Made by a program: the position numbers and the translations under genes. From positions 1-41,955 of IMG/VR virus record IMGVR_UViG_3300043220_000019: DNA of 41,955 nucleotides. The stretch is one strand, 5' to 3'. Positions within the stretch are counted from its first letter, which is position 1, and every line of letters begins with the position of its first letter. This DNA comes from a virus (Duplodnaviria > Caudoviricetes). Below the pieces are notes generated by a model. That model saw only the letters and a program-made list of their open reading frames with translations, was not told the DNA's origin and searched no databases. Below are positions 33,243 through 41,955 of this stretch, in pieces.

Positions 33243-33928
33243 TCCCCTGTCGCCTTTCCCGTGTCCTCCGTCAACTGCGCGTAGGCGTTGACGATCCGGC
33301 AGGCGTCCTCGAACGACTTGCCGCCCACCTCATGCCGCCGCACCTCCGCCAAGTAGGGCTGCGCCTGCTTGTACGTCCCACCCTTGTCCAGCCAGTGTTC
33401 CCGTATCGCCCCCTCACCATCGCTGGGCAGGCTCAGGGCGGCGCAGATCGCGGCGTGTGCGTCCTTGTCCGGCCATGATGTCGTCGCCTGGCCGAAGAGA
33501 GCGGAGCGGCCTTCATCGTTTGTGGGCTGATCCGACTGCGGCTTTGGTGCCAACGCCGGCGGCTTTGGTGGGGCACGACGCGCTGGCGGCTTCGGCGCTG
33601 GACGCGTTGCCGCCTGCATTTCGTCAGCGCTGGCGATGCCCTCCGCAGACCCGAAGCCCGCAAAGCCCAACGCCCGGCCGACAGCCGATGTCTCCGCAAC
33701 CTCTAGCGGGGCTTGGCCCTCGACGCTCGTTGCCTTCTTCATGGAGTGGGCGTGGCCGGTGAACGTTCCCGCCGCACACCTTACCGTTGCCCTGACAACG
33801 ACTTGCTCCGCATTGTCCTCGGTGATGGCCGTGGTGATCTGAACCTCTTGGCCGTTACGGTCTTTGTGCAACAGGGCTACCCGCTCGGCCACGGTGACGT
33901 ACTGGTTGCCGTGTATCGTTACTGGCAT
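33239..33928 (-). CDS. ssDNA-annealing/recombination protein (Rad52/Erf-like)
   Basis: MPVTIHGNQYVTVAERV...TGHA...EVAETSAVGRALGFAGFG...IASADEM and a Pro-rich linker. RBS GGAGG. Confidence 0.75.
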   Translation of the reverse strand: MPVTIHGNQYVTVAERVALLHKDRNGQEVQITTAITEDNAEQVVVRATVRCAAGTFTGHAHSMKKATSVEGQAPLEVAETSAVGRALGFAGFGSAEGIASADEMQAATRPAPKPPARRAPPKPPALAPKPQSDQPTNDEGRSALFGQATTSWPDKDAHAAICAALSLPSDGEGAIREHWLDKGGTYKQAQPYLAEVRRHEVGGKSFEDACRIVNAYAQLTEDTGKATGE

Positions 33929-33929
33929 A

Positions 33930-34112
33930 TCAGCCTCCGAGCGCGGGCCGGAACGCCCCGCCCTGCGCCATAAAGAGCACGACGAAGAAGACGAACAGCG
34001 CCAGCACAATCAGGCCGATCGTCAGCCAGGGCCAAGTCCAGCCCATCTCCTTCGGCCACTCCCACTGTTCGGGGTAGCAGATCGTGCAGAGGGGATCGGT
34101 GCACTTTCTCAT
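33930..34112 (-). CDS. Small membrane protein
   Basis: MRKCTDPLCTIC followed by a transmembrane helix. Confidence 0.5.
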   Translation of the reverse strand: MRKCTDPLCTICYPEQWEWPKEMGWTWPWLTIGLIVLALFVFFVVLFMAQGGAFRPALGG

Positions 34113-34531
34113 GCCGCCACCTCGCAGTAGCATTCGCCCTCCGAGTGGCATCTTCCGCGACACATACAATGGCAGGTGATTTTCCCCTCTAGGCATCGGC
34201 GGGTGCATTTCTCGTGCGAGCCGGATTTCTCTATCGGGATGGTGGCGCTCCGCAGCGGACCGTCAACCTCGCAGACGGAGCACAGGGCCATCGCTGGACG
34301 CTTCTCCCACCGGTCAGGCGGCTGCGTCCTGGTTGCGATACGGGTTCCTGGAAAGTGTTCCGGGCCCTCTTTCAGCACTGGCGGCTGCGGGCCGTCGTTG
34401 GGGCATGACACCCAGAACGAACGCATCACCTTGCTCTGGCCATAATTCTGCACCGGCTGGATGACCAATCCGTTCTGACGGGAGACCGGGGCCTTGATGT
34501 AGTAGGTCCTGATGTCCGTCGGTGTAGTCAT
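34109..34531 (-). CDS. Cys-rich hypothetical protein
   Basis: C-terminal CTRRCLEGKITCHCMCRGRCH. Start MTTPTD with ATGA overlap. Confidence 0.55.
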   Translation of the reverse strand: MTTPTDIRTYYIKAPVSRQNGLVIQPVQNYGQSKVMRSFWVSCPNDGPQPPVLKEGPEHFPGTRIATRTQPPDRWEKRPAMALCSVCEVDGPLRSATIPIEKSGSHEKCTRRCLEGKITCHCMCRGRCHSEGECYCEVAA

Positions 34532-34893
34532 CGCGTCATCTCCGCCCGCATCTCCGCTGCCTGTTGGGGGCGTTTGTCCAGATCCCGCGCCTCCCACTCC
34601 ACTACATACTGAGTTGGCACGCGCCCTTCCTTGAGGGTTTGCAGCCATTCGATGCGCCGGTCCGAAATCGCCGCGTCAAACTCGCTGGCCAGCGCCTCTA
34701 CCCATTCGTCGGCGATGGGGCATTCGCAGGGGTTTCGCTGTGAACCGTCGAATACGCACGTCGAGCACCGACGCCTCTCCAGCAATGCCCTGAAACCGTC
34801 ATCGACTTCTGCCTGCTCCTCCAGCCACTCGACGGCCATCTTGACGAACTCAGGCGGTGCTGTATCCTTCGTGGGCGGCTTAGGCTGGGTCAT
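34528..34893 (-). CDS. Hypothetical protein
   Basis: 121 aa, CSTC...CEC, coupled. Confidence 0.55.
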   Translation of the reverse strand: MTQPKPPTKDTAPPEFVKMAVEWLEEQAEVDDGFRALLERRRCSTCVFDGSQRNPCECPIADEWVEALASEFDAAISDRRIEWLQTLKEGRVPTQYVVEWEARDLDKRPQQAAEMRAEMTR

Positions 34894-35228
34894 GACAGCG
34901 CCTCTTCGATGGCGGCACGGGCGTCGATGTCCCAGAGCTGCGGAGCTTCCAAATCGAAGTGCGTCGGCCGCTCATCCATGGCGATGCGGAGCCTAAGCAA
35001 CTTCAGTAGTTTGGGTGCAGCAACCATGAGATGAGCTAGCGCACGCGCCACTTCAGGGGAAATGCCAACGTTGCTGCCGTACACCTCAGCCACGCCGGCG
35101 CTGGCGTTCGGCCCGATGCGACACGCGATCTTGAAGTCGTGTTCGCCCGGGCGCTGCTCTCGGACGAACAGCTCCATTTCTGTGTAGGGCCGTGTGGTAT
35201 CCTTTTCTCGATTGGTTTCGGTGGTCAT
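34890..35228 (-). CDS. Phage hypothetical protein (AHLMVAAPKLL motif)
   Basis: Matches the common phage 'ARLIAAAPELL' family pattern. RBS AAAGGAG. Confidence 0.65.
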   Translation of the reverse strand: MTTETNREKDTTRPYTEMELFVREQRPGEHDFKIACRIGPNASAGVAEVYGSNVGISPEVARALAHLMVAAPKLLKLLRLRIAMDERPTHFDLEAPQLWDIDARAAIEEALS

Positions 35229-35277
35229 TCACCGGCTCCTTTCATGCGGTCTAGTTGCGGCTAGGCCGCTTTTGCTA

Positions 35278-35490
35278 CTAGCTTGCCCGGCCCGCCGCCG
35301 CCATCGCCTGTTTAGCCCTGTAGGTCGGGTGACCGACATGGAAATGTCGCCCGAATCGGCATTTATAGGCGTGAACCCTCTCGCCCTTGTGGCGGAGGAG
35401 GGAGCGCCGAGCCTGGTCCGCTAGGTCGGCGGTCTCATAGGGCTGCTTCTCCGTGCAACTGATCCGGCGGAGGTGGCGGAGACTACTCAT
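35278..35490 (-). CDS. Small phage zinc-binding protein
   Basis: CTEKQPYET...A...AYKCRFGRHFHVGH; start ATG 35490. Confidence 0.6.
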   Translation of the reverse strand: MSSLRHLRRISCTEKQPYETADLADQARRSLLRHKGERVHAYKCRFGRHFHVGHPTYRAKQAMAAAGRAS

Positions 35491-35496
35491 TTGTGC

Positions 35497-35631
35497 GGCG
35501 CAGGGAGATGGGGGAACCCGAACCCCCTGCGCCCCTCCTCTCTCTCCTTCGCCCCAGCACGACCCCCGACCGCAAGGGGGGCCAAAGGTCGGGGCCGTGC
35601 TCACTAGGAGTCGCCGTGCTGGGGGAAGGAG
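35497..35631 (-). ncRNA. Candidate structured intergenic RNA
   Basis: A roughly 19-bp outer stem, a nested 8-bp stem and a separate 9-11-bp hairpin, all visible as inverted repeats. Confidence 0.5.
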
Positions 35632-35844
35632 TCATGACTGCGCCTTTCCCGTGGAGAGCGAACGCCACGGGCTCGGCACGTAGCGAGGGCGGCGCCCGTA
35701 CTGTTCGATGAACTTCATGGTTGCCACGCGCAGCGTGCCCGTCGGAACCGCCTCGCCGCGAAGGTACTGCCTGAGCGCGGCTGTTGCGCCCGGCTTCCGT
35801 TGGTCGATTTTCTCTAGATACTGCCTAACGGTATACCAGCCCAT
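35632..35844 (-). CDS. Hypothetical protein
   Basis: MGWYTVRQYL..., TGATG coupling. Confidence 0.5.
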   Translation of the reverse strand: MGWYTVRQYLEKIDQRKPGATAALRQYLRGEAVPTGTLRVATMKFIEQYGRRPRYVPSPWRSLSTGKAQS

Positions 35845-36167
35845 CACGCCAGCCCCCAAATCTTGATTTCCCGGTAGTGCCCCTGCGGCCGCGTCGTCGG
35901 CACCGTCCGGCCCGTCGCCACAAATCGCTTCTGCTTGTCATGGAACAGCGCACCCCAGCAGTTCGGGTGCGGCGCCGGGTCATCGCGCATCCACTTCTGC
36001 ACATCGTCTGACGTCACCCAGCCCTGTAGCTCGCACAGCCGCACCGCCGCCAGCCGGGCCCGCTCTAGCCACGGGTGGCGCTCCAGGCTGGCGATCCCCG
36101 CGTCGCGCAACTCTTCGCCCGTGGGGGCCAGATCGTCCAGGGTGAGCTGGCGCTCGGCGACGATCAT
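35844..36167 (-). CDS. Phage hypothetical protein
   Basis: Start MIVAERQ (RBS AAGGAG). GEELRDAGI...TSDDV...HPNCWGALF family pattern. Confidence 0.65.
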   Translation of the reverse strand: MIVAERQLTLDDLAPTGEELRDAGIASLERHPWLERARLAAVRLCELQGWVTSDDVQKWMRDDPAPHPNCWGALFHDKQKRFVATGRTVPTTRPQGHYREIKIWGLA

Positions 36168-36258
36168 GCCGCTCCTTCGTCCGCCGTGACCCTGGACTGA
36201 GCCGCGTCCAGAATCCCGGGTGCCCAAAGGGAGTAGGTCACGGTGGGGGAAGGAACGC

Positions 36259-36477
36259 TCACGCCGTTGCCTCCTGGCCGTTGGGCAGGATGGTGGTGAG
36301 GGGGATTCCGGTGGCGAAGGAGAAGGCGCGGGCGTTACGCTCACTCCAAGGAGTCTCCCCGCTTAGAAGGCGGCTGACTGTGCTGGGATTAACGCCCATG
36401 CGGCGGGATGCGTCGCTCGCGGTCATTCCGCGCAGTGCAAGTGCGGCTCGCAGATCGCGTCGTCGCTTTGTAGCCAT
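36259..36477 (-). CDS. Cro/XRE-family HTH regulator
   Basis: LRAALALRGMTASDASRRMGVNPSTVSRLLSG. First gene after the early promoter. Confidence 0.85.
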   Translation of the reverse strand: MATKRRRDLRAALALRGMTASDASRRMGVNPSTVSRLLSGETPWSERNARAFSFATGIPLTTILPNGQEATA

Positions 36478-36484
36478 GCATCCT

Positions 36485-36512
36485 ATTATGCACAGCGCAA
36501 GGGCGTTGTCAA
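36485..36512 (-). promoter_or_regulatory. Sigma70-type early promoter, probably leaderless
   Basis: TTGACA-N16-CATAAT, then 7 nt to ATG. Imperfect palindrome ACAGCGC-N4-GCGTTGT across the spacer. Confidence 0.75.
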
Positions 36513-36560
36513 CCCCTAGCGCGTGAAGATTGCGCCGTTCGCCGGGCTAGTCCGCCGCCT

Positions 36561-38039
36561 CTAGAATAGCTCACCCCACGTAAGCGAGACGGTCACCTCT
36601 TGACTGCTGCCGCTGGTCGCTTCTGCCGTGATAACAAATACCTCTCCTGGCTCTATGGCCTTGTCCAGTTCATGGAAGTTGATTATCTCCGAATCCAACT
36701 TTCCTAGAACCGTCGTGAGTAATACCCTTCCCCCCGATACGCCACTGGCTGCGGTATCGGTTGCAACGACCGATGTAGCGGCATCTACGTCGGCAAACGC
36801 TGGAGTCCCTGTGAGTGTGGGGTTAAGCCTGATCCTGAAGATAACCGGCTTGCTTGACTCTGTAGCCAAGGAAACAAACTCTGACTTTACCGCTACTCGG
36901 TTCAGGGCGCTCTGATGCACAACCCTGTTCTTAACACTCAGGATGGGGAGTTCTGTGGCCGCCAGATTTGTGATGTTATTGCTCTTGGAGTTAAGCACCG
37001 ACAGCCCAACATTCTTGCCCTCCACGAAGCCAGCCATCGAAGACGTCTTGATGGTCAAATTAGAGGTGTTGCTCACATTCTTCGACATGATATGAAGGGG
37101 CAGAGTAGGGTTCTGTAGAGACGGTTCGATGTTCGCGTTGGCGTAGGCGATTCGGTGGACTACGTGATAGTCGCCATCGTCAGGGTCTTCGATTGAGAAG
37201 GTAATCAACCCAAACCCCAACCACTGGTACTTGATTTCGTAGACGTTGCCCTTGGTGGGGTCGAGAGTTACCCCAGACTCTCCCGTCCCATCGAACTTAT
37301 CGGCGTTCCAGCTTGACTGAGCAGTGAAGTTATTGGTCGTTGATACCCCTGCGACCGTTTCAGCGAACGTCCCTGCGGCTCCTGTGGAGTCAGCAGTGTC
37401 ATCTAGCGAGAAAGCCCCACCCTTGTTGCCGTCGCTCCACGCCTTGAAGATGATCGTGGCGTTGTTAACTGTCGCGCTCCAACCAAGCCCCGTGTCAGAG
37501 AAATCGGCGTCTGCTATCTTCACCGCAACCTCTCGGGCGGTGTCGTTCAGCACGACGGCGACCACCTTCGATACCCCGTCAAGGTTGATGGTGATGTTGC
37601 CAGAGGAACTACCCGCTCCCGCGCTGATGGTGAGGGTCTGAATCTCCGGCACGCCTTTCTCTCTTCTCAGGATTGAGAATGTTGTGCCGTTGTAACCGAA
37701 GAAGAGGCCGTCCCCTACTTCCCCAACACCCGCGACCTGAACAGAGTTAGCCACCCCAGTTGTGAAGAGGGCGGTGAACCTTATCAGTGCCCCCTGGCCG
37801 GGGTTGTACTTGACGGGTATTCTGGAGAGCATATGGGCCGCTGAGTTTGCCGAAGCCCCGCTCTGCATCACCGCCATCCCATCGGCCTGGGTGATTGACC
37901 CTAAGTTGTTCTCCCGCTTCTCTATAAGGTCGGTGTTGATGTTATAGGGAAACTGAAGCTGGACCACGGGTGTAGGCTCAGCAACAGAACCCTCTCCGAA
38001 GGCTGTCTTTGTAGGTATATCTACTGAGAAGTAACTCAT
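36561..38039 (-). CDS. Large beta-rich virion/receptor-binding protein
   Basis: Probable start MSYFSVDIP. Contains KTAFGE, YNPGQG, QSSWNADKFDGTGESG and YQWLGFG motifs. Last gene of the tail block. Confidence 0.7.
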   Translation of the reverse strand: MSYFSVDIPTKTAFGEGSVAEPTPVVQLQFPYNINTDLIEKRENNLGSITQADGMAVMQSGASANSAAHMLSRIPVKYNPGQGALIRFTALFTTGVANSVQVAGVGEVGDGLFFGYNGTTFSILRREKGVPEIQTLTISAGAGSSSGNITINLDGVSKVVAVVLNDTAREVAVKIADADFSDTGLGWSATVNNATIIFKAWSDGNKGGAFSLDDTADSTGAAGTFAETVAGVSTTNNFTAQSSWNADKFDGTGESGVTLDPTKGNVYEIKYQWLGFGLITFSIEDPDDGDYHVVHRIAYANANIEPSLQNPTLPLHIMSKNVSNTSNLTIKTSSMAGFVEGKNVGLSVLNSKSNNITNLAATELPILSVKNRVVHQSALNRVAVKSEFVSLATESSKPVIFRIRLNPTLTGTPAFADVDAATSVVATDTAASGVSGGRVLLTTVLGKLDSEIINFHELDKAIEPGEVFVITAEATSGSSQEVTVSLTWGELF

Positions 38040-39013
38040 TATGTTATATGCCAACTACTCCCATCACAAATTATCATCATGGAATCGTACTGAGTGGATA
38101 TTATACGTGTTGTCGCCCCGTCGATTGTCTCGCTGGCGTTCCCGTCCACTGTCACCGCGTTCCCTGACGAGTCAGTTTTTTTAATATGGTAGATAATTCC
38201 AGACACTCCACTTGCTGCGGGGAGGGTTATAGTGAACGAGCCTCCGCTAGCGTCACAGAGGATTACGTGGTCACTAGAGGTCGCTGTATATGCTCCTGTC
38301 TTGGCAACAGTAACCCTAGTCAAACCACCACCCAGTTTCAGGGTGCCCTTGCCCTCTACGGCGGCGATGGCCTCTGCATCGGTGTACTTGGCGTGGCCGC
38401 CCGCCGCGCTCCCGGCACCGTAGTTGATGTGCAGGCCCAAGATCCGCATGGTGTCGGTGTCGGACTGGAACCTGATCGCGATGACGTCATTGGGCTCGAT
38501 GCCCCCAAACAGCCCCGCCACGGCGACCAGGGGCCATTCCGTTATCGCATCGACATCGCCCGCGGCGATAGCTAGCGTCTCATCAAGCGCCTGCCGGGTG
38601 TCGGCGTTGTGCGCTTCCCCTGCTGTCGCAACCGAGACATCGATGTCCGCCTGTATCGTCTCTTCGGCGGCGGGGATCATCACAACGCTGATCGTGTTGA
38701 AGCCGGTCCACTCAGCGGGGACGTGCCAGAGGAACGCGACCTCGTTCGCCGCCCCTGCGGTATTGTGGGCCCAGTCGTCAAGGATGGCGTCGTGAGCGTC
38801 TTGCGTGGGAAGAATGAATACGTCTAGCGTTACCGCGTGGCCGTGGTCCGAAGTCGCGGCGCCGCCGGGGGTGATGTCCGACTCGTCATGGGTGTGATCT
38901 GCCGGCGTGATCGTCGCGCCCTCGACCAGTTCCTCGCTGCGGATGGTGCGCGAGACAAGCTCTCGCGGCGCCTCCGGGGGCTCCTTGAGGGCATCGTGCC
39001 GGGGTATCGCCAT
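38039..39013 (-). CDS. Tail fibre protein
   Basis: HTHDESDIT and GHAKYTDAEA shaft motifs. C-terminal KTGAYTATSSDHVILCDASGGSFTITLPAA...NASETIDG domain. Confidence 0.75.
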   Translation of the reverse strand: MAIPRHDALKEPPEAPRELVSRTIRSEELVEGATITPADHTHDESDITPGGAATSDHGHAVTLDVFILPTQDAHDAILDDWAHNTAGAANEVAFLWHVPAEWTGFNTISVVMIPAAEETIQADIDVSVATAGEAHNADTRQALDETLAIAAGDVDAITEWPLVAVAGLFGGIEPNDVIAIRFQSDTDTMRILGLHINYGAGSAAGGHAKYTDAEAIAAVEGKGTLKLGGGLTRVTVAKTGAYTATSSDHVILCDASGGSFTITLPAASGVSGIIYHIKKTDSSGNAVTVDGNASETIDGATTRIISTQYDSMMIICDGSSWHIT

Positions 39014-39729
39014 TACACCATCGAGTGAGCCTTTAGCCAAGAGTTCTCGAAGATGGTGGTATTGGTAGCGTGCGCTGAGTTCTGCGCGAACTGCAACTGG
39101 AGGTCGCCCGCGTTCCCCGCGTTCTCTACGGAACCCATGATGTGAATTATCCGGTCTACCCCCGTCTCGGTGTCATACGCCTGGGCCGTGCCGCTAACCT
39201 TTATCACCTTAAGCTCGGCGTGAGTACTACCTGCCGACAGTAGTGGGCCTATACCAGCCCAGACCAACGTCGCACCAGCAGGGACAGTGAAGGCTATCTT
39301 GATGTCACCACTCGTATGACCGACACAATCGATGAACGCCTCAAAGGCGTGGGACTCGTTTGCAACCATCGGTATCTTGAGGTCGTCATCGTCCTGTAGG
39401 GTCGTACCCGTATCACCACTGCTAACCGACTGGTCAGCGGACTTCCGCACAATGGTTACAGGCGTGTCCCAGGTCGTGCCGTTGTCAACGCTCAAGGTCT
39501 TGGTGTCGGTGGCGAAGTAGGTGCGCCCCGCTTCGCCCGCGGCTGGCCGGCTGCCCGCAACGCCCGAAAGATGCCGGTGCTTGATGGTGGTGCCACTGGT
39601 GTCGCCGTCTAGCGCAATCGACAGGACGTAAACGTTGTCCCGAACCTGCTGATTAAGCTTCGATGCCGCAACCGGCTTTTCGTTAGTCGCCCAGTCCGCG
39701 CCCGCCGTCCATGTATCAGCTACAGCCAT
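39013..39729 (-). CDS. Minor tail/fibre protein
   Basis: ASKLNQQVRDN, RPAAGEAGRTYFATDT and LQDDDDL...GDLQLQFAQN motifs. Confidence 0.75.
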   Translation of the reverse strand: MAVADTWTAGADWATNEKPVAASKLNQQVRDNVYVLSIALDGDTSGTTIKHRHLSGVAGSRPAAGEAGRTYFATDTKTLSVDNGTTWDTPVTIVRKSADQSVSSGDTGTTLQDDDDLKIPMVANESHAFEAFIDCVGHTSGDIKIAFTVPAGATLVWAGIGPLLSAGSTHAELKVIKVSGTAQAYDTETGVDRIIHIMGSVENAGNAGDLQLQFAQNSAHATNTTIFENSWLKAHSMV

Positions 39730-39739
39730 GATTCTCTCC

Positions 39740-41617
39740 TTACGGTCCTAGCGGGTAGTTGGAAGCATCGTCAAGCCCTATGTCCGCGTCATCGAGCCCG
39801 AACATTTCATCATCCACTGGCACCACGCCCCAGATCGTCTCCATCTTTGTCTTACCCTGAGATAGGCGGTGCTGCATGGAGTCGATGTGGTAGTCGCCAT
39901 TGACCTTCGATGAGTAGGCTGCGTTATCGTTGGTGATCGTTACTCTTTCGGAGATCACCCTGTCCGTCATCTCCGCCAGGATCGCTGCCGTCTTGTTCAG
40001 CAGTTTTACGGGTAGACGTTCCTTCTGGGTAACATAGCGGTCGCCGAAGTATTCCGCGATTGCCTGAACGTGGGCTCGGCTGGACTGCTGCCGATAGGCG
40101 AATTTCAGTTTGCTCGCGTAGTCCGGTGCGCCGCTCGGCGTGTAGGACACTTCCGGGGTGTCACTGGCACGACGAACCGGGGTGCCTCGCACCTTGAACG
40201 TCGTCAGCCACACCGTGCGCGCAACGCCGTTGGTTAACACGGCCTGTCCGCCGCCACCGAAGTCGTTATAATCGATGGTGACGTTGCCCGTCTCATCCAC
40301 CCCGCCGCCTTCCGGGTTGGCGTTGCACAGCCAGTCCGTTGTGGCCACAGGCACAATATGGTCACGCACCAGCGCGCCGTAATCGACAGGGATGGTGAGT
40401 GTTCCGCTAGGCGGGATCGCCCTCGGGACGGGGAATAGCTGAAAGACGGTTGACCCCGCTATCCCCTCTTCCCATACCGGGAAGCTGAGTTCCACCAGCC
40501 CAACAAGGTCATCGCCGTCCTCCTCATACGGGACATCCACCATGTCCTCGTCTATTGTGCCCTGCGATGTTATAGAGGCCGATTCTCTCATTCTGTGGTG
40601 CCGGTCCTCGAACACAAGCGTCCCAGAGCCGTTGACGTACACGAGACCGCCCAGTTCGTTGTTCGCCACCTCCTGTATCGCCCGGAGCGCGTTCACCCGC
40701 CTGGGCGCGATGTGGGAGAAGTGCGACTGGCCTGTGTCGAAGCTGCGCGGGATGGCGCTCTTGGTGAGCGTTACGTGCAGTGCGCCGGTGCGGAACGTGG
40801 TGATGGCTGCCGCCCCCGCCGTCACCTGGACATTAGCGCTAACTGAGCCTGCAATCCATGAGACCTCGACGGCTTCCCAGGTATCGGTCAACGTATGCAG
40901 TGTGCTATCGCTGCTGCCACTCCCCCCGCTGCTATTCCCTTTGAGCCTGACTGTCCGGCCAACATCGTCCGGCGTCCCCGCGATAACGTAGACGCGAACG
41001 GTGAGGACATCGCCATCGGACGTGACACTGAAAAGGTCGTACCCCCAGCCGGAGGCCGTGCTGGCGAGGGTGATGGTCTCCAGGCAGGCCGCGCCCTCGA
41101 GGATGTCGCCTGATGTTTTGCGCGTCAGAGTAGCTCCAACGTCGGCGCTGTAGCCCGTCAGGTCATCCTTGAACCGCGTGTTGGCGCAGAGCTCCCCGAT
41201 CTCCACCAGGTCTGCGATCCGAGCCGCCAGGATGTCGGAGCGGACGTTCAACATCATCGGCAGCGAGATGTCAGTGCGCGACAGTATCCAGAGCCAGTCG
41301 GCACAACTCACCACCATGTCCTGCTTGTTGCCCGAAGGGTGCAGGAATACGCGGGTAACGAAGCCAGTGAAGAGATCCTGCGAATCTGCGACCACCTGGA
41401 TGCCGTGCATTGGGCGGATGGCCGAGCCGCCGGCTTTGGGGGTGTACGTCCCCGCGCTGTTGTCCATCTTCAGCGTGCAAGTCCCCGGCCTCGGCTGTGA
41501 ACTTTCCCGCTGCCGGCCTCGGCGGATTAGGACATCAAGCGTCGGATTTGAGATGTCCACTTCATAGGTGAAGTCGGCGTTGAGATCGGCCTTGACTGTT
41601 GTGGTCGGCTCGGCCAT
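39740..41617 (-). CDS. Tail hub/baseplate protein with inserted carbohydrate-binding-like domain
   Basis: IRRGRQ...PGTCTLKMDNSAGTYTP, LFTGFV and GLVYVNGSGTLVFEDRHHR. Directly after the tape measure. Confidence 0.75.
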   Translation of the reverse strand: MAEPTTTVKADLNADFTYEVDISNPTLDVLIRRGRQRESSQPRPGTCTLKMDNSAGTYTPKAGGSAIRPMHGIQVVADSQDLFTGFVTRVFLHPSGNKQDMVVSCADWLWILSRTDISLPMMLNVRSDILAARIADLVEIGELCANTRFKDDLTGYSADVGATLTRKTSGDILEGAACLETITLASTASGWGYDLFSVTSDGDVLTVRVYVIAGTPDDVGRTVRLKGNSSGGSGSSDSTLHTLTDTWEAVEVSWIAGSVSANVQVTAGAAAITTFRTGALHVTLTKSAIPRSFDTGQSHFSHIAPRRVNALRAIQEVANNELGGLVYVNGSGTLVFEDRHHRMRESASITSQGTIDEDMVDVPYEEDGDDLVGLVELSFPVWEEGIAGSTVFQLFPVPRAIPPSGTLTIPVDYGALVRDHIVPVATTDWLCNANPEGGGVDETGNVTIDYNDFGGGGQAVLTNGVARTVWLTTFKVRGTPVRRASDTPEVSYTPSGAPDYASKLKFAYRQQSSRAHVQAIAEYFGDRYVTQKERLPVKLLNKTAAILAEMTDRVISERVTITNDNAAYSSKVNGDYHIDSMQHRLSQGKTKMETIWGVVPVDDEMFGLDDADIGLDDASNYPLGP

Positions 41618-41955
41618 CAGTTCATCATCCGTCTGATCTCAGGGGCGATGAGGTTGGCAAGCTCCATCGCTGTCCGTTCGTCGCCTGCGAAGACACCGTT
41701 GATATTGACTGTGAGGCCGCCCCCGCCCATCCGGGCGTCAGGGAGGATCGTCCCCGCCCGGTCCGGCACGAAGATCTCAGGCCGCTTCTCGCCGACCAAT
41801 ACCGCCTGGCCCGCTGAGACGGGTCCGCCGTGCAGGCGACCCTGGAAAAGTCCCGCCTGCTGAACGGTGATGTCAAAGCCCCGGAAGTTAGTCGTGACGC
41901 TCAGGGCTTGGTTTAGGCGCTCTAGGTTCTGGGCCCCTCTCAATATCTCCTCATT
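41617..41955 (-). CDS. Tail tape measure protein, C-terminal part
   Basis: In frame with 1-1725 through the 9-nt overlap (NEE-ILRGAQ...). Contains HGGPVSAGQAVLVGEKRPEIFVP, a typical tape measure C-terminal motif. Joined protein is about 684 aa. Confidence 0.9.
   Translation of the reverse strand, partial: NEEILRGAQNLERLNQALSVTTNFRGFDITVQQAGLFQGRLHGGPVSAGQAVLVGEKRPEIFVPDRAGTILPDARMGGGGLTVNINGVFAGDERTAMELANLIAPEIRRMMN

Noticed and set aside
35510-35530. Second tRNA-like T-arm (GGGGG TTCGGGT TCCCC)
   Set aside because: The loop is non-canonical, there is no acceptor stem or CCA, and the bases fit better in the larger hairpin.

Overview
This window looks like a complete, circularly permuted genome (about 41.9 kb, GC-rich) of a tailed siphovirus-like dsDNA phage. 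The first and last 9 nt are identical (CTCCTCATT), and the tape measure gene reads in frame across that junction. Almost every gene is on the minus strand. From the early promoter near 36.5 kb the order is: Cro-like HTH gene, small early genes, ssDNA-annealing protein, two C5 methyltransferases, replication initiator, Rpf-like transglycosylase, VRR-NUC nuclease, amidase endolysin and holin-like genes, ParB-methyltransferase, HNH, terminases, portal-MuF fusion, a fibre-like module, prohead protease, HK97 capsid, head-tail and tail genes, tape measure, tail hub and fibres. I found no integrase, polymerase, CRISPR array or reverse transcriptase. The main unusual signals are: (1) a 79-nt RNA that matches the tRNA-like domain of tmRNA (G3-U alanine pair, GG-UUCGA D-loop, T-arm, encoded ACCA) but has no mRNA-like domain, hidden inside an ORF; (2) two copies of a Com-like zinc-finger gene followed by a GAATAAA-motif leader and terminator hairpin, placed at the entrances to the late and capsid gene blocks; (3) repeated tandem duplication of structural genes (three tail-tube-like paralogs and two capsid-adjacent pairs); (4) a strongly structured intergenic RNA near 35.5 kb. 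Product calls come from motif recognition and gene order only; no database searches were run.
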